From: an uncultured Oscillospiraceae bacterium
Lineage (GTDB): Bacteria > Bacillota > Clostridia > Christensenellales > Aristaeellaceae
Assembly (NCBI GenBank): GCA_964540735.1
Contig: CAZINY010000001.1
Coordinates: 41,305 to 105,304, forward strand
Reading direction: 5' to 3'
Length of the DNA stretch: 64,000 nucleotides
Below the pieces are notes generated by a model. It saw only the letters and a program-made list of their open reading frames with translations. It searched no databases and was not told the DNA's origin. How positions within the stretch are numbered: position 1 is the first letter of the stretch; each line of letters begins with the position of its first letter. Below are positions 18,366 to 27,196 of this stretch, one piece after another. The position numbers and the translations under genes are program-made.

Positions 18366-19299
18366 GCTGTTTCACCTCCCCAAAGGGCTTGGGCATGGTA
18401 TACTTGTCAATCAGCGGGGTAGCGACATTCATCAGCAGGATGGCGAAGGAGCATCCTTCCGGATAGGAAGCGTAAGCGCGGATGACAAAGAGGAAAATAC
18501 CGCAACCAATGCCCATGATGACGCGGCCCAGATTCGTAACCGGGCTGGTAGCATAGTCCGTGGCCATGAAGAACGCGCCCAGGAACAGGCCGCCGGCCAG
18601 AATCTGGTACAGGGCCACTTCCGCGCCGTCCTTGATCAGGTAGCAGACAAACACGGTGGCGATGAAGGCCACGGGAATCTTCCAATCCACGATGCGGCGC
18701 AGAATCAGATACACGCCGCCTACCAGCAGCGCCAGCTTGCAGGTTTCGCCCAGCACGCCGGGAACGTTGCCCAGGAACAGATCGCTCAGGTTAACGCCGG
18801 CAACGTTGCCGGAACCCAGAAAGCTCAAAGGCGTGGCGGTGGAAACGCCGTCCAGCATGAAGCGGGTGGCCGGGTAGCTGGTCATCTGCGTGGCCCAGCT
18901 CACAAAGAGAATGGCGCGGGCGGCCAGCGCGGGGTTCATGAAGTTGCTGCCGATGCCGCCGAAAATCTGCTTCACCAGCACAATGGCAATCACCGCGCCC
19001 ACTACCGCCAGCCATGCCGGCGCGTTGGCGGGCAGGTTGTACGCCAGCAGCAGACCCGTTACCACGGCGCTCCAGTCGCCTACGGTAACCTTCTGATGGG
19101 TCAGCTTCTGGTAGAAGAACTCGGCAAGCACCGCGGTGATGACGCTGGCGGCAATGAGCACAGTCGCATGCGCGCCGAACAGGATGATGCCCGCGATGCC
19201 CGCGGGGGCCAGCGCCAGGCAAACTTCCTGCATGATGCGCCGGGTGGATACGTTATCTCTCAGGTGCGGCGAAGAGGAAACCGCAAGATTTTTCTGCAT
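18358..19299 (-). CDS. rnfD: Rnf complex subunit D
   Basis: MQKNLAVSSSPHLRD start, GVSTATPL FMN-attachment-type motif, and C-terminal YPEGCSFAILLMN. The ATG at 19299 lies just after the rnfC stop. Confidence 0.9.
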   Translation of the reverse strand: MQKNLAVSSSPHLRDNVSTRRIMQEVCLALAPAGIAGIILFGAHATVLIAASVITAVLAEFFYQKLTHQKVTVGDWSAVVTGLLLAYNLPANAPAWLAVVGAVIAIVLVKQIFGGIGSNFMNPALAARAILFVSWATQMTSYPATRFMLDGVSTATPLSFLGSGNVAGVNLSDLFLGNVPGVLGETCKLALLVGGVYLILRRIVDWKIPVAFIATVFVCYLIKDGAEVALYQILAGGLFLGAFFMATDYATSPVTNLGRVIMGIGCGIFLFVIRAYASYPEGCSFAILLMNVATPLIDKYTMPKPFGEVKQHA

Positions 19300-19301
19300 G
19301 C

Positions 19302-20678
19302 TTAACCCTCCTTCTTGGCGGCCGCTTCGGCGGCCTTGGCAGCGGCCTGCGCCTTGCGGCGGCGGTCGCCTACGACGCGCTTGACAACACGGCAGCTCTG
19401 GGTCAGGCTGCGCTTTGCGGGACAGACGAAGGTGCAACAGCCGCATTCGATGCAATTCATGGCCCCGATGGCAGCGGCGGCTTCGTAGCGGTCAGCCCGC
19501 ATGAGGGCGTCGATCTTGGCGGGCGCAAGGTTCATGGGGCAGGCGCGCATGCAGCGTCCGCAACGGATGCAGGCGCTCTCCATGGGTTCCATGGCTTCCT
19601 GGCCCAGGCAAAGAATGCCGGAACATCCCTTGGTGACGGGAATATCCGTGCGGGCGATGGCCATGCCTATCATGGGACCGCCGTAGAGGAACTGCTTGAC
19701 GCCATCCTCCATGCCGCCTGCGGCTTCGATCAGCTCACTGATGGGGGTGCCGATGCGCACCAGGAAATTCCCGGGGTTGCGCACCAGGCCGCCCACGGTG
19801 GTGATCCGCTCAATGAGGGGACGACCTTCCCGAATGGCCCGGTCGATGGCGTAGACCGTGCCCACATTGGCCACGACCACGCCCACGTCCAGGGGCAGGC
19901 CGCCGGCGGGCACCTTGCGGCGGGTAAGCGCGTAAACCAGCTGCTTTTCGCCGCCTTGCGGGTAGCGCACGGGCAGCGCCCGTACGGTAATGCCTTCGGT
20001 GGCGTTTGCGGCGGCGCGGAGCGCTTCGATGGCGTCGGGCTTGTTGTCCTCCACGCCAATGATGGCTTCCTTGACCTCCAGCGCCAGCATCATCAGGCGG
20101 ATACCGTCGATGATTTCCGCGGCCTTTTCCAGCATCAGGCGATGGTCGGCGGTCAGGTAGGGTTCGCATTCCGCGCCGTTGATGACCAGCTTTTCGATCT
20201 TCTTCCCATTGGAAGGCGTAATCTTTACGGCGGTGGGGAAGGTAGCGCCGCCCAAGCCCACGATACCGGCGTTCCGGACAATCTGCTGCAGCTCCGCTGC
20301 GGTGAGTGTCTCGGGATGCGTCGAGGGCTGCAATTCCACCCATTCCTCCTTGTAGTCATTGTCAATGATGACGGCAGGAGCTTGCGCGCCGCTGGCGAGG
20401 ATGCAGGGCTGAATGTCCACCACCGTTCCGGAAACGGAGGCGTGGACAGGCGCAGACACAAAGCCGCCCGCTTCGCCGATCAACTGGCCGACCTTTACAT
20501 GGTCGCCCTTTTTGACCAGGGCCTTGGCGGGAGCGCCGATGTGCTGTTGCAGCGGGATGATGACCCGCGGCGGGGCAGAGAGCTGCGCGATGGGGTTGAG
20601 ACCATTGACAGCCTTGCCGTTTTTGCCCTCGTGGGGGTGAACACCCCCGGGAAACAGACGTGAACCAAACACGGACAA
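19302..20678 (-). CDS. rnfC: Rnf complex subunit C (non-ATG start, TTG at 20678 or GTG at 20672)
   Basis: FPGGVHPHEGK N-terminus, NADH/FMN-binding region and two CxxCxxCxxxCP motifs. No in-frame ATG sits near the conserved N-terminus. AAGGGGGA RBS is upstream. Confidence 0.85.
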   Translation of the reverse strand: MSVFGSRLFPGGVHPHEGKNGKAVNGLNPIAQLSAPPRVIIPLQQHIGAPAKALVKKGDHVKVGQLIGEAGGFVSAPVHASVSGTVVDIQPCILASGAQAPAVIIDNDYKEEWVELQPSTHPETLTAAELQQIVRNAGIVGLGGATFPTAVKITPSNGKKIEKLVINGAECEPYLTADHRLMLEKAAEIIDGIRLMMLALEVKEAIIGVEDNKPDAIEALRAAANATEGITVRALPVRYPQGGEKQLVYALTRRKVPAGGLPLDVGVVVANVGTVYAIDRAIREGRPLIERITTVGGLVRNPGNFLVRIGTPISELIEAAGGMEDGVKQFLYGGPMIGMAIARTDIPVTKGCSGILCLGQEAMEPMESACIRCGRCMRACPMNLAPAKIDALMRADRYEAAAAIGAMNCIECGCCTFVCPAKRSLTQSCRVVKRVVGDRRRKAQAAAKAAEAAAKKEG

Positions 20679-20753
20679 AGGTCCCCCTTCCCAATGCTCT
20701 CCATGGGGTGGAGAACATCTTGAATATGGAAATTGGTGATAAGCACAGCTTTC

Positions 20754-20781
20754 ATTATACCATATTTCCGCACATTGTGAA
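20754..20781 (-). promoter_or_regulatory. Candidate sigma-A promoter of the rnf operon
   Basis: On the minus strand: TTCACA, 16-nt spacer, TGgTATAAT, about 75 nt upstream of the rnfC start. Confidence 0.6.
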
Positions 20782-20895
20782 GAGGTTGCAGGGAAGTTTT
20801 CCGTATTCTTAGGCAGAAAAAAGCGGAAAAACGCGCCGTGGATATGCACGGATACGCTTTTCCGCTCGGAGAAAGAGCCAGGGCACGGCCTTGTT

Positions 20896-22242
20896 TCAAA
20901 GGGCGGCGGTAACGTTCGCTTCCTGGGGGGTATTTCGCCACAAAAGCAGCGCGTGCCACAGCAGGTTGACCAGCTGCCCGGCCATGGAAGCCAGCGCCGC
21001 CCCAAACAAACGAAGCCCAGGCATAGCGGCCAGCCAGGCCGTCAGGCACAGGGTGACGCAGGAAGCGAGCAACGTGCCGGTGAGCGCCTTCCGTTGCAGC
21101 CCCAAACCGGCAATCATGCCGCCCATGACCTGCCGCACGGAGAGCACCAGGGTCATGGGGGCCATCAGGCGGACCAGGGGAGACAATGCGCTTTGCCGGT
21201 AGACAACGTCGCCAATAAAGTCTGCGCCCGCAAGGAGCCCCGCGCAGCACAGCGCTCCGGCGGCGGCGGACCAGAGCAGCAACCGCCGCATGGTCCGCCG
21301 CAGGGAACGGGGATGGGATTCGCGGGCGGAAACGGCGGGGGAAGCTACCACGCCCAGCGCGCCTGTAAACACGGAAGGGAGCATCATCAGCGGCATGGCC
21401 ATGCCGGTCAGCATGCCGAACTGCGCGGTGGCTGCCTGGGCGCTCAAACCCGACATGCGCAGGCAGGCGGGCAGCACCACCGCGGTGAGCGCCCGCGAGC
21501 CCGTGACGCACAGCCGGGCCAGTATGGTAGGAACGCATAAACGGAAAATCTGCTTGCGCAGCGCCGGACTGGGTTCCCGGCGCAAGCGGGGCGCATGGCT
21601 GCACTTGTACATCACCGCTACGGCGCACAGGGCGGCCAGCACCTCCGCCGCCTGGGGAAGCGCCGCCTGCACGCCCAGGGAAGCGGGGGCCAGCAATGTT
21701 AAAAGGCCCAGGGACAACAGCAGGCGGACCGTCTGCTCCGTAGCCTCGCACAGGGCGGGCAGGCGGGTGTTTTCACGGCCGTAATACCAGCCGCTATATG
21801 CTCCGCACAGTCCCAGCAGCCAGACGGCCGGAACCGTACACACCAGGCTGGGGAGCGTCTGCATGTCTCCCAGCAGGCGGGCCAGCAGCGGCGAGAGCAA
21901 AAGCAGCGCGGGCATCAGCGCCAGAGACATGCGATGCACCAGCGAAAGCCCCGCCCATAGCACCTGCGGTTGATCGCAGGCCGGGCGCTTGGCGGTCAGG
22001 CGGCTCATGGCCATGGGCGTGCCCGCGGTGACGGGGGTCAGGGCCAGCATGCTTACGGAGGAGGCCATTTCCATCAGTCCCAGCGCCTGCGGGTCCATCA
22101 GCCTCGCCAGCGCCAGGCGCAGGCCGAAGCCGAGAACGCGAGTATACCCGTTGGCCAGGGTCAGGACGGCCGCTTGCTTTTTCAGGCTTGTCGCCACGTT
22201 GTTCACCTTCCTTCGCAGGAAGGTATGCGGCGCGGGCTCCAT
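20896..22242 (-). CDS. MOP-superfamily flippase (polysaccharide biosynthesis / SpoVB / MurJ-like)
   Basis: About 14 hydrophobic segments, with N-terminal KKQAAVLTLANGYTRVLGFG. The start is uncertain (ATG 22242, ATG 22251, or a downstream GTG). Confidence 0.7.
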   Translation of the reverse strand: MEPAPHTFLRRKVNNVATSLKKQAAVLTLANGYTRVLGFGLRLALARLMDPQALGLMEMASSVSMLALTPVTAGTPMAMSRLTAKRPACDQPQVLWAGLSLVHRMSLALMPALLLLSPLLARLLGDMQTLPSLVCTVPAVWLLGLCGAYSGWYYGRENTRLPALCEATEQTVRLLLSLGLLTLLAPASLGVQAALPQAAEVLAALCAVAVMYKCSHAPRLRREPSPALRKQIFRLCVPTILARLCVTGSRALTAVVLPACLRMSGLSAQAATAQFGMLTGMAMPLMMLPSVFTGALGVVASPAVSARESHPRSLRRTMRRLLLWSAAAGALCCAGLLAGADFIGDVVYRQSALSPLVRLMAPMTLVLSVRQVMGGMIAGLGLQRKALTGTLLASCVTLCLTAWLAAMPGLRLFGAALASMAGQLVNLLWHALLLWRNTPQEANVTAAL

Positions 22243-22353
22243 GTTTGACATTCCCCGTGAAAAACTATATAATGTTAAAAAATCTCTGCGGCGGCGGAGC
22301 GGAAGAGCGGCTTTTGCGTATCCGCCGGGCGCGCTGTACGGGAGGATGCGCCC

Positions 22354-22818
22354 ATGGACAAGTGGGATATTCGCTTTATGGAAATGGCGCACGTGATCGC
22401 CGGATGGACCAGTTGCTTTATGCCGGGACGGAGTATCGGCTGCGTGATCGTAAAGGACAAACGCATCATGACCACCGGGTATAACGGCGCCCCCGCGGGC
22501 CTGCGCACCTGCAAGGAACGGGGCGAGTGCATGCGGCGCAGGCTGAACATTGCCTCGGGTACCCGGGCGGAGCTGTGCTACGCCATTCATGCGGAGCAGA
22601 ACGCCATTATCCAGGCTGCGAAGCTGGGGGTTTCCATTGACGGCGCAACGCTGTACTGCACCCATCAGCCCTGCAGCGTCTGCGCGAAAATGATTATCAA
22701 CGCGGGTATCCAGCGGGTGGTGTACCAGGAGGGCTACCCGGACCAATTTTCCCTGGAGATCTTCAAAGAAGCCGGCGTTCGCCTGGAGCAGTTCACGCCC
22801 CCGGACGCCCAAAAGTAA
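22354..22818 (+). CDS. comEB: Deoxycytidylate (dCMP) deaminase / ComEB family
   Basis: HAEQNA and PCSVCAKMI zinc-binding motifs. 154 aa. Confidence 0.9.
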   Translation: MDKWDIRFMEMAHVIAGWTSCFMPGRSIGCVIVKDKRIMTTGYNGAPAGLRTCKERGECMRRRLNIASGTRAELCYAIHAEQNAIIQAAKLGVSIDGATLYCTHQPCSVCAKMIINAGIQRVVYQEGYPDQFSLEIFKEAGVRLEQFTPPDAQK

Positions 22819-22822
22819 CACG

Positions 22823-22845
22823 GCCGCCGGGAACGGCCCGGCGGC
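22823..22845. terminator. Bidirectional hairpin between convergent genes
   Basis: GCCGCCGGG AACGG CCCGGCGGC is a perfect 9-bp stem. Confidence 0.6.
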
Positions 22846-22857
22846 ATGCAAAGACGG

Positions 22858-23640
22858 TTATTTTTCCTTGGGGTTGGGTTCGGCGCCCACGCACCAGCCG
22901 CGCAGCTTGTTTACGGTGCGTTCCACGGCGTCCTTGGAATCGCCCCAGGGCTTGTCCTGGTTGCGGTAGTCGAATTTGAGGGTAAACCATTCAATATCCT
23001 TTTCCATGCGCGCCAGGTTTTCCTGGGTCAGGGAGACCAGCAGCTCCGCGAAGGGTCCCACCAGCTTGGCGGGAAGGAATTCCGCGGCCTTCTCCATGAG
23101 CGTGGACGCGTCGGGGAGACAGAAGCCCTTGGATTTCTCCAACTGGGCCCGGAAGTCCGCGTCGTGCTCATACAGATGGAAAAAGGTGGCGACATAGCGG
23201 TCCATATTGGCCTGCAGGCTGTCGCAGAGGATGCAGCTGTGACCCAGGCCGGCCATGTCCTGCGCGGCCTTTTCCAGCTCCTTGCGCGCGGTCTGTCCTT
23301 TGGACGTGAGCCGGGCGGCCAGGGAGCACTCCGTGTAAGTCTTGGCGGCTTTCAGGGCGGCTTCCAGGGGTTTCTCCAGCCGCTTTTCGGTTTCCTTGAG
23401 GTGGGTGTGAAGCATCAGTGCGTGGCCCAGGCGGTTGCTCGCGGCAAAAAGCATGGCGTGATGACGGGCGCAGAAGCCCTTCTCGTTGACCTGGATGCGG
23501 GTATCCGGTTCCATGACCGACGCGCCCAGGTAGCGCTCCACTTCGCCCAGCTCCAGCTTGCGCCGCAGGGCGCACAGGGGGCACTCACCCTCCAGCTTCA
23601 GGGCGTCCCACACGGGAATGGTATCGATATGATAACGCAT
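22858..23640 (-). CDS. Conserved Cys-motif protein, uncharacterised (resembles DUF6062-type proteins)
   Basis: AAAGGAGGAG RBS precedes the ATG at 23640. CPLC..C..HH and CILC motifs. The family name is recalled from memory, not searched. Confidence 0.65.
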   Translation of the reverse strand: MRYHIDTIPVWDALKLEGECPLCALRRKLELGEVERYLGASVMEPDTRIQVNEKGFCARHHAMLFAASNRLGHALMLHTHLKETEKRLEKPLEAALKAAKTYTECSLAARLTSKGQTARKELEKAAQDMAGLGHSCILCDSLQANMDRYVATFFHLYEHDADFRAQLEKSKGFCLPDASTLMEKAAEFLPAKLVGPFAELLVSLTQENLARMEKDIEWFTLKFDYRNQDKPWGDSKDAVERTVNKLRGWCVGAEPNPKEK

Positions 23641-23751
23641 GGCATGGTCTCCTCCTTTTGTGTACTTGCATCCTAACACAAACCCGCGCCTTTGGCAAGG
23701 CGTCATAAGCGCGGGAAGGCGGGCATAGGCTTCCCTGTAACAAGGGGAGGG

Positions 23752-24609
23752 ATGACCGTGCAGCGCAGGAGACGGACGGAACGCAGGCGGAGGGTTGCCC
23801 GCGGCGGGATGGGAGCCCGGGCATTGATGGCGCTTTCGGCGCTGGTGGTGCTGGCGGGCCTGGCAAGCCGGTTGACGGACGGCGAAGAACTCTCGGCCGC
23901 AGTGATTGCGACGCCTACGCCCACGCCTTTGACCGCTGCCTTTGACGAAACGGTAGAAACCCGTCAGGTGACCTGCCCGGCGGAAACCTGGTATTGCCTG
24001 CAAACCGGCGTGTTCAGCTCTGCCGAGGCAGCGCAGGAGAAGAGCCAGGCCTATTCCGACCGCGGCGCGCCGGGATATGTGGCCCAGGACGGAGACAAGT
24101 ACCGCGTGCTGCTCAGCGCCTACGGCACACAGGAGGACGCGCAGCGGGTCCGGGAGCGCCTGGATACCCAGCAGGCGGTGGATACCTACATCCATGAACT
24201 GACCCGGCCGGAACTGCCTTTACGGCTGACGGGGATGCGGGGACAGCTGGACGTCATCGAGGCGGCCATGACGCTGTTGCCGGCGTTGGCCGACCAGTGG
24301 CGGGATGCCGCGCTGTTGGTGGACCGGGGGGAAATGACCCTGGAGGAGACGCTGAGCATGGCGGCGGAAGGTCTGGAACAGTGCCAGGTAATGCTGCAAG
24401 TGCTTACGGAACGCTTTGTCAGCCCCGTGCCCGCGCTGGCCCAGCGCCTGGAACTGCTCTGCCAGTCGGGGGCGGAAGCGTCCGCGCGGCTGGAGGAAGC
24501 GGCCCGTACGGACCTTACCACCGCTTCGGCGCAGTTGAAAATGGAAGCGCTGGGGTTGCACTACAGAATCAAAATCACCTGGGAAGCCATGCTTTCCCAG
24601 GACGGATAA
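23752..24609 (+). CDS. SPOR domain-containing membrane protein
   Basis: Arg-rich N-terminus plus TM. SPOR-like region WYCLQTGVFSSAEAAQEKSQAYSDRGAPGYVAQDGDKYRVLLSAY. Confidence 0.75.
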   Translation: MTVQRRRRTERRRRVARGGMGARALMALSALVVLAGLASRLTDGEELSAAVIATPTPTPLTAAFDETVETRQVTCPAETWYCLQTGVFSSAEAAQEKSQAYSDRGAPGYVAQDGDKYRVLLSAYGTQEDAQRVRERLDTQQAVDTYIHELTRPELPLRLTGMRGQLDVIEAAMTLLPALADQWRDAALLVDRGEMTLEETLSMAAEGLEQCQVMLQVLTERFVSPVPALAQRLELLCQSGAEASARLEEAARTDLTTASAQLKMEALGLHYRIKITWEAMLSQDG

Positions 24610-24636
24610 TTGTTGGATGAGAGGAATGATGCACGG

Positions 24637-24996
24637 ATGACCCTGAGACAGATCGCGGAGATCCTTCAGGCGGAGGTGCTGACCGGGGCGGACAAGCTGG
24701 ACACCGAGGCTGTGACGGCCTGCGGGTCGGACCTGATGAGCGATGTGCTGGCCTTTGTGAAGGATCGCACGATCCTGATTACCGGGCTGGTAAACGCGCA
24801 TGTGGTGCGCACGGCGGAGATGTTGGACATCATCTGCGTGGTGTTCGCGCGGGGGAAGCGTCCCGGAGAAGACATTTTGGAGGCGGCCCGGGAAATCGAC
24901 CTGCCGGTATTGGCCACCAAGATGACCACCTACACGGCTTGCGGAGAACTGTACCTCCACGGGCTGCCAGGTACCAAGGAAAAGCCCCAGAGCTGA
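24637..24996 (+). CDS. DRTGG domain-containing protein
   Basis: FVKDRTILITGL (DRTxxxTG) signature. An alternative TTG start is at 24610. Confidence 0.8.
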   Translation: MTLRQIAEILQAEVLTGADKLDTEAVTACGSDLMSDVLAFVKDRTILITGLVNAHVVRTAEMLDIICVVFARGKRPGEDILEAAREIDLPVLATKMTTYTACGELYLHGLPGTKEKPQS

Positions 24997-25016
24997 TCCG
25001 GGAAGGAGAAATCCCC

Positions 25017-25451
25017 ATGAGTCAAGTCTTGATTCGAGAAGTATATCCCGTTGCCGCCGGCGCCTATGAGACCGCGGGGGAGGCTTCCGCCGCCATCAAG
25101 CGCAAGCTGAAACAGCTGGGCGTGGACAGCGGCGTGCTCCGCCGGGTGTCCGTGGCCAGCTATGAGGTGGAGCTGAACCTGGTGATTCATTCCATGGGCG
25201 GCACGCTGACGCTGACGGTGGACCCTCAGCAGGTAACCCTGTGCTCTAAGGACGTGGGGCCGGGCATCCCCGACATTGACAAGGCCATGACCGAAGGGTA
25301 TTCCACCGCCAATGAGGAAGCCCGTTCCCTGGGCTTTGGCGCGGGCATGGGATTGCCCAACATGCGGCGAAACGCCTCGACCTTTGAGATTCAGAGCCAG
25401 GCGGGAGTGGGTACCAGCATCACCATGGGCTTCCGTTTGGACGGCAAGTGA
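25017..25451 (+). CDS. HATPase_c-type anti-sigma-factor-like Ser/Thr kinase
   Basis: DVGPGIPDIDKAM (G1 box) and GFGAGMGLPN (G2 box). SpoIIAB/RsbW-like size of 144 aa. Confidence 0.8.
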   Translation: MSQVLIREVYPVAAGAYETAGEASAAIKRKLKQLGVDSGVLRRVSVASYEVELNLVIHSMGGTLTLTVDPQQVTLCSKDVGPGIPDIDKAMTEGYSTANEEARSLGFGAGMGLPNMRRNASTFEIQSQAGVGTSITMGFRLDGK

Positions 25452-25519
25452 CCCGCGCCCTGCATAGACGATTGTGATACGCCCCGGACGCAGCTGCCGG
25501 GGAGGAGGAGGCACAGGAG

Positions 25520-26827
25520 ATGGAGACGGAAAAGAAACGCTTTCATTCCGTCCGGCTGGAGAAGGACAAGTGCCGGGGCTGCACCAACTGCCTCAAGCGT
25601 TGCCCCACCGAAGCCATCCGCGTCCGGGGCGGCCGGGCGCACATCATTGACGAAAGGTGCATCGACTGCGGGGAATGTATCCGGGTGTGCGATTACCATG
25701 CCAAGGTGGCCGTAACGGACCCGCTGTCCTCCATCAGCCGGTTCAAGTATAAAATCGCGCTTCCCGCGCCTTCCCTGTACGGTCAGTTCAAGAGCCTGCG
25801 GCATATTGCCCAGGTGCTGACAGGGCTCAAGCACATGGGTTTCGACGATGTGTTCGAGGTGGCTCGGGGAGCGGATGTGGTGACCCGGGCTATCCGGGAG
25901 AAGCTGCGCCAGCCGGGGCTGCCGCAACCGCTGATTTCCGCGGCGTGCCCGGCCATTGTGCGGCTGATTCAGGTGCGCTTCCCCGACCTGATTGAGCACA
26001 TCGTGGATGTGCGCCAGCCCATGGAAGCCGCGGCGCTCATTGCCCGGCACGAATTCTGCCGCAAGAACAACGTGCCCCCGGAGGAGGTCGGGTGCTTCTT
26101 TATCACACCCTGCCCGGCCAAGGTAACGGCTATCCGCAGCCCTATCGGCCATGAAACCAGCGCGGTGGATGGCGCGATTTCCGTACTGGAAATCTACGGG
26201 CTGCTTTCCAGCCATACCCGGAGCCATACCATGGACGAAAGCCTGCTCAAGGCTACCTCCTACGGCATCGGCTGGGCCAACAGCGGCGGCGAGGCCGTGG
26301 CCGTGTGCCCGGAAAATTCCATGGCGGTGGACGGCATCGAGAATGTCATTCGCGTGCTGGAGGAAGTGGAAAACAACAAGCTCAGCGATTTGACCTTTTT
26401 GGAATGCTCCGCCTGTACCGGCGGCTGCGTAGGCGGTCCGCTGAATTTTGAAAACAACTATGTAGCCCGCTCCAGTATCCGCCGCCTGGTGGAGGACCGG
26501 GAGCGTACCCACCCAGAGGAACAGGTGGACGTGTCCCTGCTGACCAAGTATCCCCTCAGCAGCCCCAAGCCCATTTTGCCCAACAGCGCCATGCAGCTGG
26601 ACGACGACATTGTGGAGGCCATGCGCAAGATGGAGCGCATTGAGGAAATTTACAAGCGCCTCCCCGGATACGACTGCGGTTCCTGCGGCTCGCCCACCTG
26701 CCGCACCTTTGCCGAGGACATTGTCCGCGGATATGCCAGGGAAATGGACTGCATCCATATATTGAAGGAACAGCTCAAAATTATGGCCCAGCAGATGGTG
26801 AGCCTGGCTCAGAATACCCGCGAATAA
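25520..26827 (+). CDS. Sensory-type [FeFe]-hydrogenase homolog (HydS-like, no PAS domain)
   Basis: Two N-terminal CxxCxxCxxxC motifs. H-domain motifs are altered: SAACP for TSCCP, TPCPAK for MPCxxK, ECSACTGGCVGGP for ExMxCxxGCxxGG. C-terminal CGSCGSPTC cluster. Confidence 0.8.
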   Translation: METEKKRFHSVRLEKDKCRGCTNCLKRCPTEAIRVRGGRAHIIDERCIDCGECIRVCDYHAKVAVTDPLSSISRFKYKIALPAPSLYGQFKSLRHIAQVLTGLKHMGFDDVFEVARGADVVTRAIREKLRQPGLPQPLISAACPAIVRLIQVRFPDLIEHIVDVRQPMEAAALIARHEFCRKNNVPPEEVGCFFITPCPAKVTAIRSPIGHETSAVDGAISVLEIYGLLSSHTRSHTMDESLLKATSYGIGWANSGGEAVAVCPENSMAVDGIENVIRVLEEVENNKLSDLTFLECSACTGGCVGGPLNFENNYVARSSIRRLVEDRERTHPEEQVDVSLLTKYPLSSPKPILPNSAMQLDDDIVEAMRKMERIEEIYKRLPGYDCGSCGSPTCRTFAEDIVRGYAREMDCIHILKEQLKIMAQQMVSLAQNTRE

Positions 26828-26839
26828 GGAGGACGCAAG

Positions 26840-27193
26840 ATGACCCTGGAAAACCTGATCGCCCTGACCGGCGCGCGGAACATGACCCCGGAACTTCCCC
26901 TGGATACCCAGGTGAGCTGCGGCTATACCTGCGACCTGCTCAGCTGGGTGATGGCCCACGGCAAGCAGGGTATGGCCTGGATTACCGTGCAGACGCATAT
27001 GAACGTCATTGCCGTGGCGTCCCTGATGGAGATGGCGGCGGTGATTATTCCCGAAGGCATCCAAATGGAGGCGCCTTCCCTGGAAAAAGCGCGGGAGGAG
27101 GGCGTGGCCGTTCTCCAGAGCGACAAAACCGCCTTTGCCCTGTGCGCGCTGATGGCGCAAAACGGCCTGCCTTCTTCCCGGCCGGAGGACTGA
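26840..27193 (+). CDS. DRTGG domain-containing protein
   Basis: Small (117 aa) paralog-type partner of the 24637 gene, tightly spaced after the HydS-like gene. Confidence 0.75.
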   Translation: MTLENLIALTGARNMTPELPLDTQVSCGYTCDLLSWVMAHGKQGMAWITVQTHMNVIAVASLMEMAAVIIPEGIQMEAPSLEKAREEGVAVLQSDKTAFALCALMAQNGLPSSRPED

Positions 27194-27196
27194 GCC

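Noticed and set aside
19302-22851. N-terminal extensions of the ORFs called 19302..21005 (567 aa) and 20896..22851 (651 aa)
   Set aside because: The conserved RnfC N-terminus begins near 20678, with a TTG or GTG start and an RBS. The extension would overlap the neighbouring flippase gene. The flippase ORF extension runs antisense through the dCMP deaminase gene and across a TATAAT-containing divergent promoter region.
22858-24195. 445-aa version of the ORF ending at 22858
   Set aside because: The upstream 185 codons are antisense to the SPOR-protein gene and Arg/Pro/Gly-rich. A strong AAAGGAGGAG RBS marks the real start at 23640.
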